A DNA stretch of 64,000 nt from Camelus ferus (Eukaryota). The stretch lies in contig NC_045696.1 of NCBI RefSeq assembly GCF_009834535.1, positions 35,838,001-35,902,000 of the forward strand. The letters run 5' to 3'. This document shows, one piece after another, positions 50,831 through 63,741 of this stretch. Under the pieces are notes generated by a model, which saw only the letters and a list, made by a program, of their open reading frames with translations, had not been told where the DNA came from and did no database searches. Numbering within the stretch: the first letter of the stretch is position 1; each line of letters starts with the position of its first letter. A program made the position numbers and the translations under genes.

Positions 50831-53800
50831 AATGAAATTTGAAATACAACATTTCTACTTGTGCAGTCTTGTCCTCATATATAAAACACAGATACTAATA
50901 TTGTCCTTACAAAATTATTGTAAGGAACTATCAAGATGGTGTATATTAAAAACTTTAAAAATGATAAACATTATTATTATAAAGTAGTTTTATATATAAC
51001 AAGCTAATAACTAACTAGGAAAAATGAATTATTAATATAATTTAATATGCTGCATTCTCTAAGAAAGCTTTATATATTCAAATGTATCGTATTCTAGATT
51101 TTTGTACAGAGTCATAAGTAAACCAAGGGAATAACTGAAAAATTCTTTAACCCCAAATTACATTAAAAACACTGCATAATATACTAGTGCTTACACAGAC
51201 AGAAAATGACTGTTTTCTCAAAGCTTCTACTTACAAAAGAATAAAATGTTTACTCACGGCTAAAGAAAACTAACCTAGTATAGATATAAAAAATTAAATA
51301 GTAGACAATTAGTATTGTTAAAATTTTCACATTGTGGTTTTAGTAAAATATTGGCTTTAAATTATTTGAGGATTTTGTTTGTTTGCATGAAGCCATTGTA
51401 AAATGCCTCAGTAGTTATTTGGTAGCTATTTATTTGGGTTTATGATGGAAACTATCACATCCACTTTGAATCAGAAAAGAAAGTGAGTCAGTCGATATAG
51501 ATTTCCTGAGTTCCACTTAGGTTACACTGTGAATAATATTACAGAGGCATGTTAAGTTAGAAAATTAGACTGAGACCCTACAGTGATAATTACAACATTC
51601 CAATTACTAACACATAAAGTTGTTAAAAATTAAATATCTGAAACTAGTTTGGTGATATTTAATCCCCTTTCCCACAGCTAGGAGATAAAGGCTGGAGATT
51701 TACAGGAGGATTTAGAAAGGTGCTATTCGTGTTCTTTTACCTGTTCTTTCTTGGGGGGTAGAGTAAGGGGTGCCTTTTTCTTCCCTCAGCCGCATGAGAG
51801 GAGTTTGACAGGGCCTCCCGGAGAGCTGCATGTAGTCCCCTACAGCTGGAGGCATGTTGCTCTGGGGTGTAACCGCTGCTGAAAAATCTAAAGCAGCTTC
51901 AGGCTTACATTCTGCAAGTTAAGGAGAAAAGATTCGAAGAATGTATATGCATATGCATATTTGTATTTATATGTTTCATTTATATGTGCCATTTAAAATA
52001 ATCCATTTATTTTTTTCCAATGAGATACCTAAAAACTGGTATTTTATTTTCCCTCAGTATAATTATATTATATAAAAGCAAAGAGAAAATGCGGGAGAGG
52101 GTGCAGAGGGAGAAAAATAAGGGGAAAATATAATTAACATTTCATTAATAAATAGTGAATTTATTAATGAATAGTGAATAAAAAGAAAAATAGCAAATTG
52201 GTAAGTGGATAAAGCAAATGAACTCTGCAATCCTCAGAGAGACAAGAAATCACACTGAAGAATCACTTTAGTAAAAGGAAAACATTTTTCCCAGAATTTT
52301 TTGGAATTCTCCTACTGTAACTGAAATCAGCAGAAGGCAGTGGGGTCTGTATTAGCTATCAGCGGCTCAGGAAATCACCCACCGTGATTAACCTCACAGA
52401 AGAAAGTGGTACAAGGGCTGGTCGTACCTTAATTTCATTTAGTTCTATGCTCAGAAAAACCCCAAAGGGAAGAAATTAGGTATGTTTGGTTTTGAATACT
52501 AGCTAGAAGAAAATATTCTAACACAACAGAAGGAGACTGTGACAAGTGATGAGCCCATGTCAAATATTTAGAGGGTTTTATGTCTTCAAATAAGAATATA
52601 TTCATCAGAGTTTCTCTGGGACAAAAACATCACATTGACAGTTTTTCTTTTACGTTACAGAGACTTTTCCAATTCAATTCTGGCCTGTTGCAACTAAAAC
52701 TGAACACAACAGAACTAGCTGTTTTGAAATAAACACATACATACATGCATGTGTATGTACATATATACCAGTTATGAAAAGTGAACACATATTAAATAAG
52801 ATTTTAAGATTCTTCAAAACATAGGGGCTAAAAAGCAACAACAACAAAAATACTTTCCCGTACACTTTATTTTAAGAAAGTATTTAATTTGCATGCTATG
52901 CCATGCTGAAGGATAGACTTAGACCCTCAGAATGAGCAAAATTACGTTCACATCACAGCTGGAGGAAATGCAGCTGGCTGTGTTGGTTGTCCGATGTCAT
53001 ACAGTAAGTGGTGAGAACTGTGTTATGCTGGTTCTGAGATAGTCTGCTACTTCAAGTGCAGGGGGAAAAAAAGAAAGAGAGAGAGACAGAGAGAGAGTGA
53101 CAACAATGGTATCAATCTAGGTGGAAATGAAGTTCCAGTGGAGCAGCTCCAAGAGAATCTGCCTAGCAGGACCTAGGCCCACCCTGTGCAAGAAGCCTAG
53201 CTCAGGAGATGCAGGGTGCTGTGTATCTGCAAGAAGATCGATTTATGACAACAGTTCACAGGGGGATGAAAATCAGCCCATTCAAGTAGGGTTGCCAGGT
53301 AGAAAACAAGAAACACAGTTACAATTTAATTCCAGATAAACAATATTTTGCGTTTTCTCATGCAACCCTTGGAACATACCTCTACTATAAAAGTTATTTG
53401 CTTTTTATCTGTAACCAAAATGTTTCCTATATTTTCATTTGGTAAATCCAGTGACCCTCCATTCAGGGCATTTTCAGGAGAGCAGGAATGCCGGTGGACC
53501 CAAGCACACAAGCAGATACCAAGGTCTCTATGAGTTTTCTGAGACAAGCTATGTCATCACTGATTAGGTGAGTGTGAAAGGATTTTTTTAAGGGCTGCAG
53601 TGACTCAGAAATTATCTATGCCTATTTCTAGAAACTTTGAAAAAGTGTCTCAGTTCAACTCTGAAGAAAGAGAATCTTTATGCCATTTTCTCTCTCTCTC
53701 TCAAGAGTTCTGGAAAAGAAGACTATGTCAATAAAGCTATTTTCTGTTAAAATAAATATCTGCAGAAAAAGAATTATGAGACAATCATGTGGGTGTTACC

Positions 53801-54734
53801 AAGAAAAAAAGTCTTTCAATTTAAAAATAATTACTCTTGCCACTGAAAAATGTGGCTGTTTGTATTAATATAACAAGTTTTAAGTCAACAATCTGTAGAA
53901 TAACCTTCAAATTCTGTACTTTTTAAGAAGGGAAGGTTATATGAAAGAATTTATACTTTTTGTTTTGGGGGCCTTATTGGGTGCTTCACAGAGAAGGTGA
54001 AATAGATTAATTAATAGACTGAAGCAGTCCCATGACAATGATTTCTCATCATATGGTCTGTTCCAACTCATGTAGCTGCTTCCTCACAACATAAATTTGT
54101 CTTAATTATTTGATTATTTACAAAGATACAAAGTGATGACAAGACAAAACAGCAAACCACTTATGTCTCATGTGTCGTTACTCTTTTCCATGGTCATTTT
54201 TGGTGCAGTTTAACATCACGAGCTTTGTCTTCATAAGGTGGTTCAGATACTTTTAGAAGTTGGAGCAAAGGTGAGGAAGGGACAGTGTTGGAAGCAGGCA
54301 ACATAAAAAGGACTTGCTCAGTCTCCAAGTTTGGACTCAATTTGTTCAGGTGGGCAGGGTCACAACTAGCTTGGCCTGTTACAGTTAACCAACTTCCAGC
54401 AAATGACCAAGTGAGGAATTATGTTCTAGATTTTAGGTTGCAGTTTTACATCTGCGTAATAGCTCTGTAACCAGAATTAAAATGAACAAACCATGGCTCA
54501 AAGTATTTTCCATGATTACGCAGCCAGGAATTGGCCTTGTAAGACTTGACTGCTGCCCTATCAGGAGCAGAAGGCAGGCTCTTTTTGCCATAGTGCTCTC
54601 TAACCAAACTCTTATGATTTGTGTGGGGGTGGGGAGGTGGGGGGAAGGAGAGGGGGAGGAGCTTCAGGGAAATCTGATTTGTTTTCAATCCTTCCAGAAC
54701 ATACAATACTACAAATAGGTGAATCCCTAGGTAA

Positions 54735-55047
54735 TGTGTGGGTGGGGTTGGGTGGGGGGGGGTGGTAAGTTTGACTATAAAGGAAGCATGAGCAAAATTT
54801 TTGTGGTGATGATATAGTTCTGTATCTTCATTGCTTTGGTGATTATAGAATTCTACACATGAGATAAAATGGCATAGAACTTTACACATGTTTTACCAAA
54901 ATTGATTTCCTAGTTTTGATATAGTACTGTAATTAGGTACAATGCAATCATTGGGAAAACTGGATGAAAGTTACACCAGTCTCTCTGTACTATTTTTATA
55001 ACTTCCTGTGAAGCTATAATTTCTTCCAAGTAAAATGTTTAAAAAAT
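54735..55047 (+). mobile_element. L1MD-type 3' end
   Basis: gactataaaggaagcatgag...gttctgtatcttcattg...ctacacatgagataaaatggcatagaac...ctgtactatttttataacttcctgtgaa; similar to 33230-33520. Confidence 0.85.
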
Positions 55048-55180
55048 TACCCTATCTTATAGTTCTGATTACTGAGGTGACAGCTGACTTCCAATCCTCA
55101 TGCTAGACACAGCTCATTCTGATCCTTATTTTGCAGACAATTCCTAGGGAATTTTTCAATGTTTACGTAAGAGGTGAATC

Positions 55181-55723
55181 TGCAGGGGAGAAAAATTTTT
55201 CCTCTACCCTTCTAGGCTGGTGACTGAGACACTCCCTCCCCCTTAATAAAACAGCAGATTAAGAGAAGAAAAACAAACAGAAGTTTAATAACATGGATAC
55301 CTCTTACATACATGGGAGAGACCCAGGAAAACCGAGCAACTCCTAGAAATGGCCCAACCACCACATTAAATGCCATCTCCAGCTACAGAGAAAAGATGTT
55401 GGGGGAGGGGAGCCGGTTACCATAGGTAACCAGGAAAAGCCACAGTACACAGGGTAAGGCTGTTATGCAAGTTTAAGTTTCTGCTCTCTCCACTGATAAG
55501 AGTTTTTAGAGATACAGTTATCTTCCTCTTTCTGGTACAGAGAGGAAGGTATCCTTACAAATGGAGATTTCCTTTATAAATATGAATTTCCCTTGTAAAA
55601 GGATGACTTTTACTAGGTTTTCAGAGCTTCTCCTGTGTCTGCTGGTTCTTAAAAATAACCAACTCATGATAATCATTTTGCCAAAGAAGCATATTTTGAG
55701 GTAGCAAATTCTGCTCCTCTTCA
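55181..55723 (-). mobile_element. ERV1 solo LTR (MER34/MER39-like)
   Basis: TG...CA termini with a perfect 4-bp TSD aatc (55177-55180 and 55724-55727); MER34-like blocks tgccaaagaagcatattttgaggtagcaaattctg. Confidence 0.88.
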
Positions 55724-55816
55724 AATCAAACTGGAAGCTTCCTATGTTCTTTTTTTGATTGCTAAAAGAGTATTATCTCTACAACTGGCCTTCCACATAT
55801 TCAACATGACATGTTT

Positions 55817-56271
55817 TGTTATGGGTTGAATTGTGTCCCCCCAAAATGGTATGTTGATGTCCTAACTCATACCTCTAAATGTGGGGTAATCTGGAAATAC
55901 AGTCTTTGCAGATGTAATTATGTTAAGATGAGGTAATAGTCAGTTAGAGTGAACCCTAATCTAACATGACTGGTGTCCTTGTCAGAAGAGGAGAAAAGAC
56001 AAAAACACTGGAGAACACCTTGTGAAGACAGAGATAGATGCTGGAGTGATGTGTCTGCAAGCCATGGAATACCAGAGATTGATGGCTACCACCCAAAGCT
56101 AGGAAGAAGGAAGGAAAACTTACTCCCTAAGGCTATCAGAGAATCATGGCTATGCCTACCCCTTAATTTTGAACTTCTAGCTTTCAGAACTAGACGTGCG
56201 AACACATTTCTGTTGTTTTAAGCCACTCAGTTTATGGTAGTTTGTTATGGTGGCCCCAGGAAATGAATATA
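55817..56271 (+). mobile_element. MaLR LTR MLT1C-like
   Basis: tgttatgggttgaattgtgtcccccc...gtctttgcagatgtaatt...atttctgttgttttaagccactcagtttatggtagtttgttatgg. Confidence 0.92.
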
Positions 56272-57099
56272 TATGAAGGTCTATAACTTTTCCCCAAAGT
56301 ACCATATTGCTCTGTATATAAAGAACATTCATTATAGAGAAAAGGAAAAAGGAATAAAACTAGTGGATTCTTAAGACTTTTAGTAAATCAAATCACTTAA
56401 AATATGATTATAAAAAGAATTTAAGCATAATTAATATGTGTTTGTTATATGTAGAGAAAAATGCAAAGTAGAAACTATATGTTTTATAAACTTGTATCTT
56501 TCATGAAACCCTTTTTGTGCTGGGTTCATGTTTTGTCTGGCATAATGCAAATAATTTGTAAAAGCCTGAAATCAATTGTCTAGTTTATGAAATGCTAGTT
56601 TTTCAATCAGGACCTCTAATGGAATATTTTCTCCTCTCCTACCGAAAAAAAAAAAAAGCATCTGTAATAATAAAAGTACAGCAATTTGTTATATTATGAG
56701 AAGGTGTTTATTAATCAAAGAAAACATCAAGTTAATGTATTGTGTTGTGTTAATGTTTAGCTAATGGACACATTTTTTATTATGTGACCATCTGCTGTGA
56801 GGCTTTTGTTAAAGGACTTTTTCAAAGAATTGCTGATTAAAATTAAAACTACTAGATTTGCTAGTTTCATGCAAATCTCTTAAAGGAAAAGGTACCCTTA
56901 CTAAAATTTAAATCCTCTTTGATTAGTTCAATAAAATTAAGGACTTCTTGACAAAGCTTTGAGTCATGCAGATTTTGATGGACATGTTTAAGTGCACATA
57001 AAAACTAGTTTTTAAGAAATGGCTACAATAAATGATTTGATTCATTTCATAAATAATTATTAAACATGTTAGACTTTTGATGGTAAGAAAAACCTCCTG

Positions 57100-57300
57100 A
57101 TAACGCCTTATATTTGTATGACATTTAACAGATTACCAAATGCTTCTGTGTAAATCGTCTCAATTATTGTTACAAATATGGGAATCAGCAGATATTCTTT
57201 TCTGTGACAGATGAAACAACATTATAGGAGTAATGACTTTTTCAAGATAACTAAACTAATGAAAGACAGAGAATTTGCATTCCATTGCCAGTGTTCTTTT
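57100..57300 (-). mobile_element. MIR/MIR3 fragment
   Basis: ccttatatttgtatgacattt...gacagatgaaacaac...gagtaatgactttttcaagataac. Confidence 0.5.
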
Positions 57301-57784
57301 CATTTCTGTATGGCTAGCTGTCAACCCATGACCACCTCGCACTCTAATATGCAGCTATCTGAACAAAATGCCCTCTAACTTTCTCACTGTATTTTCCAAT
57401 TACACCAGCTTTGCAGGGACATATAAACCACACCTTTTGATCACTGTTCTGGTGTTTCAGCTATTCCACTGACCAAATGCCCTGCCACATTGCCCACAAA
57501 TTCTTTAACCTGGATAAATTGTTATATTCCACTCTCTCCATCATTCTAACTAATCCCAGGAGGACAAAATTATACACCGTGGAAATTAGAATCACTACAA
57601 GTTACAAATTGCTAACCTCAGTTATAGCTATCATGCCACTTGTCATTTCTTCTTATTTCGAGTTGGCCCTCTCTCACATTTCCGTCCAGGAACCCCTTTT
57701 TAAAACTTAACTGTCTGCATGTGCTTTGCTTGTTTGTTGGTTGGCTGGTGAACAGTCAGAGTGGGGAATAGGGCTAGTTTACAT

Positions 57785-57950
57785 TTTTTTCCTTTTTTGA
57801 GGTATAATTTACATGTAGTATAAAGCATAGATCTTAAACATTCAATTTAATGAATTTTGAAAATTGTGTCATACAAGTAACACAAAAAAAGAGATAGAGG
57901 CTTCCTTTCCCTCCAGAAAAGTCCTTTATGTTCTTTTCTAGTAAACACTG
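57785..57950 (-). mobile_element. L1ME/MC-type 3' end fragment
   Basis: ttttgaggtataatttacatgtagtataaagcatagatcttaa...aatgaattttgaaaattgtg. Confidence 0.7.
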
Positions 57951-57964
57951 GCCTTCTAGAATTT

Positions 57965-58800
57965 GACTGAAATGAGTTCAGAAATGTTGTTTGAGACAGC
58001 AGGTTTACAGAACTATTTCATTATGACTTTATGCTTCCAACCAAGTAGTCAATGGAGAAGAATGGATATTCAAGAGAATTTATTTTAAAATGAACAAAAT
58101 AACTATGTATTTAGCTGGCAATTATTACTAAAGAAGGTTGATGTGGAATACAGTGGGAGTAACTGAAAAACTGGCATCGTTTAGAAGGCAAGAGGGATGG
58201 ACTGTAGCATACACGTGAATAGACTGGCTTAGCAGGAGTACAGACATTAGCTTCATTGTGGCAAGATGTAAAACAGAGTACATAGATATAAATGGGATCA
58301 AGTCGGTAGGTCTGTCAGAAAAATCATGCAGTAGTTTTGGTTTTATTTTTCCTGATTTTTAATAATGACTTTTAATAGCTAAGTAAAAAGCATTGCCACC
58401 AGCTGGAAATTGGATGGAGAGGGAATTACTTGGCATTTGAGAACAAAAGAAAGGAGATGCAAGAGACTTCTTAGATAGGGAAGTAAATATGAGACACTTA
58501 ACAGGTTACACTAAGGACCCATTGTTTGTAAGGGGTTATGAGTTTGAAGGAAACAAATCAGTATGGTCATGGGTTTCCTTCCAACAATGTTTATTTGGCT
58601 GGGCAAGATATGGGCAGTATATGCAGAGCGTTTTATGCAACGAGCATTGGCATTTTCCAGGTGGGCATAATAAAGGGCAAAGAGGCTAGAGAGTTAAGAC
58701 ACTGAGGCCAAGGACTGATTATAATCAAGGACTGACTTAAATTAGATAAAAGAGAAGTGAGGTTACTACTACAAGAGTGAGGCAAAGGGAGATGATGGTT
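57965..58800 (-). mobile_element. L2 internal fragment
   Basis: Purine-rich antisense L2 text (gagggatggactgtagcatacacgtgaatagactggcttagcaggag; gtttgaaggaaacaaatcagtatggtc). Confidence 0.55.
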
Positions 58801-59269
58801 AAATCAACACATGGTTACACCTTTTAAATCCTTTTAAATGATCACATTGTGTTTGTGTGTGTGTTTACTATAACTAAACACATCATTTTCCAAACATAAA
58901 AGGGTACCTGCTAAGTAACTTAATCCAGGAATTTAGGTAAATCCCCTAAATTTTATACTTTCTATTGCATATCTTCAAATATGTTAGACTTTTTTGTCTT
59001 CATCTTTTTAGACTAAGGTATTCTAATTTTAACTTACCATAAACTGTCTTGGTCATTTAGTTGTCTTTCTCTGAATTTTCCCTGCTCAGTTACATCTTTC
59101 ATTAATGGAATAACAGCTGTGCTGTGACTTCTTAATATTAAGATTTTGTTTGTTGCTTTGTTTCTACTAACAACATAGGCAGAAGATAATTACTTAAAAT
59201 ATACATTCTCAGGTAAACATAAAGAAAAATAGTTTATCCCTATAATACAAAAACCTTAATTTTTAATCT

Positions 59270-60680
59270 GTCAAGGTCAAAAGTGACTTTCACTTTGCCA
59301 AATGCAGTGGCTAATTCTCCAGTGAATATGTTGAATCACCCACCCCCAGCACTGTCCTTGAAATGCTTTCTTCCCACAGCTTCTTGATTCTTCCCTTACT
59401 TTGCAGGCCATTGTTTTCTCACAGAGTATAGCTTCTTTGCTTGAGAGTTTACTTAGGACTTTTTCTGGTTATTTATACTGACTTTATATGTGATTCATCC
59501 ATTCTCATGCTTTTAAATATAATTTATATGGTGATGATTCCCAAATTTACTTCTCTGGCCCAGACCTCTTCCCATGAACTCCAGATTCGTATCTCTAACA
59601 TCTTATCCAACATCTCCATTTAGATATCTGCTAAATTATTCAAACTTCATATGTCCAAAACCAAATTTCTGATTTTCCCTCTCAGAATTGTCCTTCCTTA
59701 TCTTTGTTAATGAGAACGCCACTCTTCCAGGTATTCACTCCAGACATCTTGGAGGTGTCCATGGTATCTCTCTAACTTACCAGCATTGTCTATTAGTTCC
59801 ACCATCAAAGTATAATCATAATCTAACTACTTCATCCAAATACAGTATTACCACCTGTTTGTGTTCCCCCAAATTCATATGTAGAAATCCTAACCCCCAA
59901 AGGTGATGGTACTAGTAGGTGGGGACTTTGAGGGTGAGTAGGTCATTAGGGTGGAGCATCATGAATAAGATGAGTACTCTCATAAAAGAGGTCGTACAGA
60001 GCTCCCCAGCTCCTCCCGCCATGTGAGGATACAAGAAGGAGGCTGCAGCCTGGAGGAGAGCCCTTGTTGACCATGCTGGCACACTCATCTCAGACTTCCA
60101 GTCCCCAGAACCGTAAGAAATAAATTTCTGTTGTTTATAAACTACCCACTCAGTGGCATTTTATTAAAGAGACCAGAATGGACTAAGACAGTAAATTTTC
60201 CCAGCTCACCATAATTCACCTGGAAAACTGCTATGGCCTTCTGCATATTCTCCTGCTTTTGCCCTTACTCCTCTAAAGTCTATGGTCATGATAGTCAATG
60301 TGATTCCTTTTAAAATATAAATCAGATCATATCACTCCTCTGTTAAAATGCTTCTGTTAGATTCCTTTCTCACTCGTAATGAGAACAAAGTGTTTACCAG
60401 GACTTACAAGGCTCTGTATGGTTTGGCCCTGCTCTATCCCTGATCTTATCATTTCATCTCCCACTACTCCCTTTCTCACTCACTCAGGACCAATCATATT
60501 AGTCTTCTTGTTCCCCAAACACTTCAGATATAATTATAACTCAAGACCTCTGTACTTGCTGTTCCTTTTGCCTGGGATGCTTTTCCTCATGATATTCATA
60601 TAGCTAACTCCTGACTCCCCTCAGGTCTCTCTGCTCAAATGTTGGTTTTCTGGTAAAGACGTTCCTGAGAAACCATTCAG
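59270..60680 (+). mobile_element. L2 LINE interrupted by MLT1A
   Basis: gatgattcccaaatttac...cccagacctcttcccatgaactccagattc; aaatcagatcatatcactcctctg; tgtacttgctgttccttttgcctgggatgc. Confidence 0.85.
59846..60190 (+). mobile_element. MaLR LTR MLT1A/A0-like
   Basis: tgtttgtgttcccccaaattcatatgtagaaatcctaacccccaa...atctcagacttccagtccccagaaccgtaagaaataaatttctgttgtttataa...ggactaagaca. Confidence 0.92.
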
Positions 60681-61589
60681 AACACCTACTCTGGTACTCC
60701 TGGCTTCCTGAAACTTAGTTAACATACCGTACTCAGATTTTCTTATCAAGGGTTGTACTCTTAGTTTATTCCTTAGAGAGGAAATAACTAGCCCTCTGAT
60801 CCATGGGGCTAACCTAAACTTGGACTTGAATTAGACACAGCTCACTAGGCTTCTGATTCAGGGACTTGCAGTGGTCAAAGCCCAGAGGCAAGCAGGTTAC
60901 CAGTGGTAGTTCTAGGTGGTTCCATCTGTGTGGAGGATCCAGTCAGTGGCCAGGGTCCAGGAACACTGGTGCCACATTAGCTGGACCTCCCAAAACACAA
61001 CACTGTCATAGCCTCGCCACGGAGCCTCGCGAAGTAGTTTATCATTCAATTCAGCGCTGTCATCCTCATGGAGGAAATAAAATGCTAATCAGGAGGCAAC
61101 CAAGAAACAGACTATAAAAACATTGTAGGAATTAGGTTAAGGCTATGGATCTAAGTAAGCCCATGAGTTCAAGTTTCAACCCTGGCATACAGGATGTTGT
61201 ACTGACAATAACAAGACTAGTTTCAAACTTTATAGGGCAACGTATCTGAATTTACATATACACTGTCAATGTTGGTTAGGATTACTTGAGCCTGTCAAAG
61301 CAGTGTCTATAAAGCAGAAGCTCAGAGTAGTCCTGGACTCACTTAAAATCTATTATTTCTTTAGGATGGGTTTTACATTTTGGGTAAGGGGAATATAATT
61401 TATAATGCCTAATATAATGTAATGAGTAGGGAACAGGAATAATAAAATACAGGAGGATTAAGGGCAGAGGCAGCATACTTAATACCCTAGAATTTCTATT
61501 TTGTTTATATTACTGCTAGGCACTTAGAAGTCAAACGATAAATATGAGTTGAATTGAAGGTACTATATCTAAGATAACATTTATCTGAA

Positions 61590-62560
61590 AGCTTTTTAAA
61601 GCATATAAGCAAAGATATGAATCAAAAATGTAAAAAACAAAAAAGATATATTTGACTACTTAACAAATGAAACTACCATGTCAAAAATAATCCGAAGTTC
61701 AAAAAAAAAAACAATGATAAACTGGAAAAGAATTCAATGCATGAGGAAGACAAATTGCATTATTAATCTTTTATGAGAACATACAAATATGTCAGATGAA
61801 AACATATGCCTCAACAGAAAAAAGTATAAAAGGCATTGAAAGGAAATTCACAAAAGAATAAATATAAATGACCCATGAATATATGAAAGGATTCTAGCAT
61901 CATTAGTAATCAAAAAATGAAAAATAGAATAATATGAAAACTTTTTTTGGGGGGGTCTAAAACTAATGGTGTCCAAAGTGACGAGAGTTAGAGATAATTT
62001 TCACTCCCTGCCCCAGTGGTATAAATTGATACAATGTTCCAGAATTTCTTTTAACAAATTTTCAAGAGGTTTAAATATGTTTGTAATATTTGACTCAGCA
62101 ATTGTGCTTATAATAATTTAACCTAGAAAATAGAAGAGCCTTAAATTATATGTTTACAGTGGCAACATTGTTACTTGAAACAGAGAAAATTTATAATAGA
62201 GAAATTCAAGAATTTTGGAAATTTTAAATAGAAAAAAATTTTTCTCTAATATATTCTGTATAATCATTAAATAGCATACCTTGAATAACAGCTAATAACA
62301 ATATATAATGCTAATAACTTGTAATAATTTTTAAATTGTATAGAACATCTTGTAGAAAAGACAAAATTATAAAATCATATACAGTATATTAAATTTTTGG
62401 AAAATAATTTATACACATGGAAAACAACACAAAAATAAATTGTGAATGGTGGTTAAACTTTTAGGTGGTAAGAATATTGTGGTTTTTTTCAAACTTTTCT
62501 CAATTTTCTATCTTCCTAAAATGAACTTATATTACTAACAAAGAAAATACTTTATATAAT
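61590..62560 (+). mobile_element. L1ME-type distal ORF2 and 3' UTR, decayed
   Basis: aaaggcattgaaaggaaattcacaaaagaa, atatgaaaggattctagcatcattagtaatcaaa, tttgactcagcaatt. Confidence 0.75.
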
Positions 62561-63722
62561 AAAGGTCTGAAAAAAATTAGGCCTGAAAGAACAGAGAAAA
62601 ACAAACATTAAGTTTGTCCTGCCAAACATCTCCCATTGCCATGGACAGAAAGAAAAAAAAATCAGACGGGATCAGCTATTGATATGAGGCATATTGCTGA
62701 CTCAATGTCTTCACAATTTTTTTAACAAAAAGATTACTCTGAAAAATCTCAAGACCCTTACAACACTAGTCAGGAATAAGCAGTGCTGTTTTATTTTCTA
62801 CATAGAAAGTTGAGGAACAGTATAGAATTTGCTTAAATTTGAATTTATGGCTTTTTTTTTGTAATTGCCAATTTCTACCTTTTTTCAAATATTCAGGCTT
62901 AGATTGGATAAAAGGTGTTAATTATATTTTGGTCAGTAAACTAAATATTTTTTTCTATAAAATCATTGTGCTCTGCATGATTGTTATTGGCTTTCGATCA
63001 ACCACATGACCATCAGCTTAAGCAGCAAATACAGAATCAAGACACTTAGGACAAATGTAGGGCATTTGTATGCACAATCACATTCTAAACAGAAATATAA
63101 AGTTTGCGTTATCCTCCCTCTGAGCACTGTCAAGTTCACTGCTTTCCTACTGAAAAAGAATGAGACAGCTATTGCCTTAGCACTTTATACTTAACTTGAA
63201 TTTGCCTGTAGTCCCTTATGCATAATTTGAATAAACATTCAAAAAGATAAAACACAATGATTTCTAAGTTTTATATTACCTGATATCATTCATCTATAGA
63301 TTTTATTGACCTTACACTTAATCAACCTAAATATCTGAATAAGCTTTTTTTTTTAATTCCACAAAAACATTACATGCTGTCCAGGAGTTTAAAACCTAAA
63401 ACAGACCAAGATGTACCGAACAACAGGAATAATATCTTCATGATTTTTGTGTCTTTCAAAATGTTGCTAAAACACAAAGTGTTAAACATTGTGGAACCAA
63501 TTTTACTTCACTGTATATTTAATTTGCTTTAAATTTGTATGTAAAAACCCATACTATAAAAAGGAGAATACAGTTCTTTAAGGGGATTTTTCTTGACAAA
63601 AGAATTCAAAATAAAATTGCATTAAGTATCAATTTCCTTAGCATAGTTACAAATGCGAAAATTAAATGTGCGTCCATTTACAAATATTTGTGTAAATTTT
63701 CTCAGTTGCATGTCAGATTTAG

Positions 63723-63741
63723 TATATATATATATATATAT
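63723..63741. repeat. Short (TA)n microsatellite
   Basis: Direct observation. Confidence 0.9.

Noticed and set aside
54446..54889. Longest ORF in the track (147 aa, minus)
   Set aside because: It spans an antisense L1 3' UTR and G-tracts, giving a proline-rich low-complexity translation; no coding signature.
58709..58745. caaggactga direct repeat with period 17
   Set aside because: Short, imperfect and inside decayed L2; an ordinary micro-duplication.
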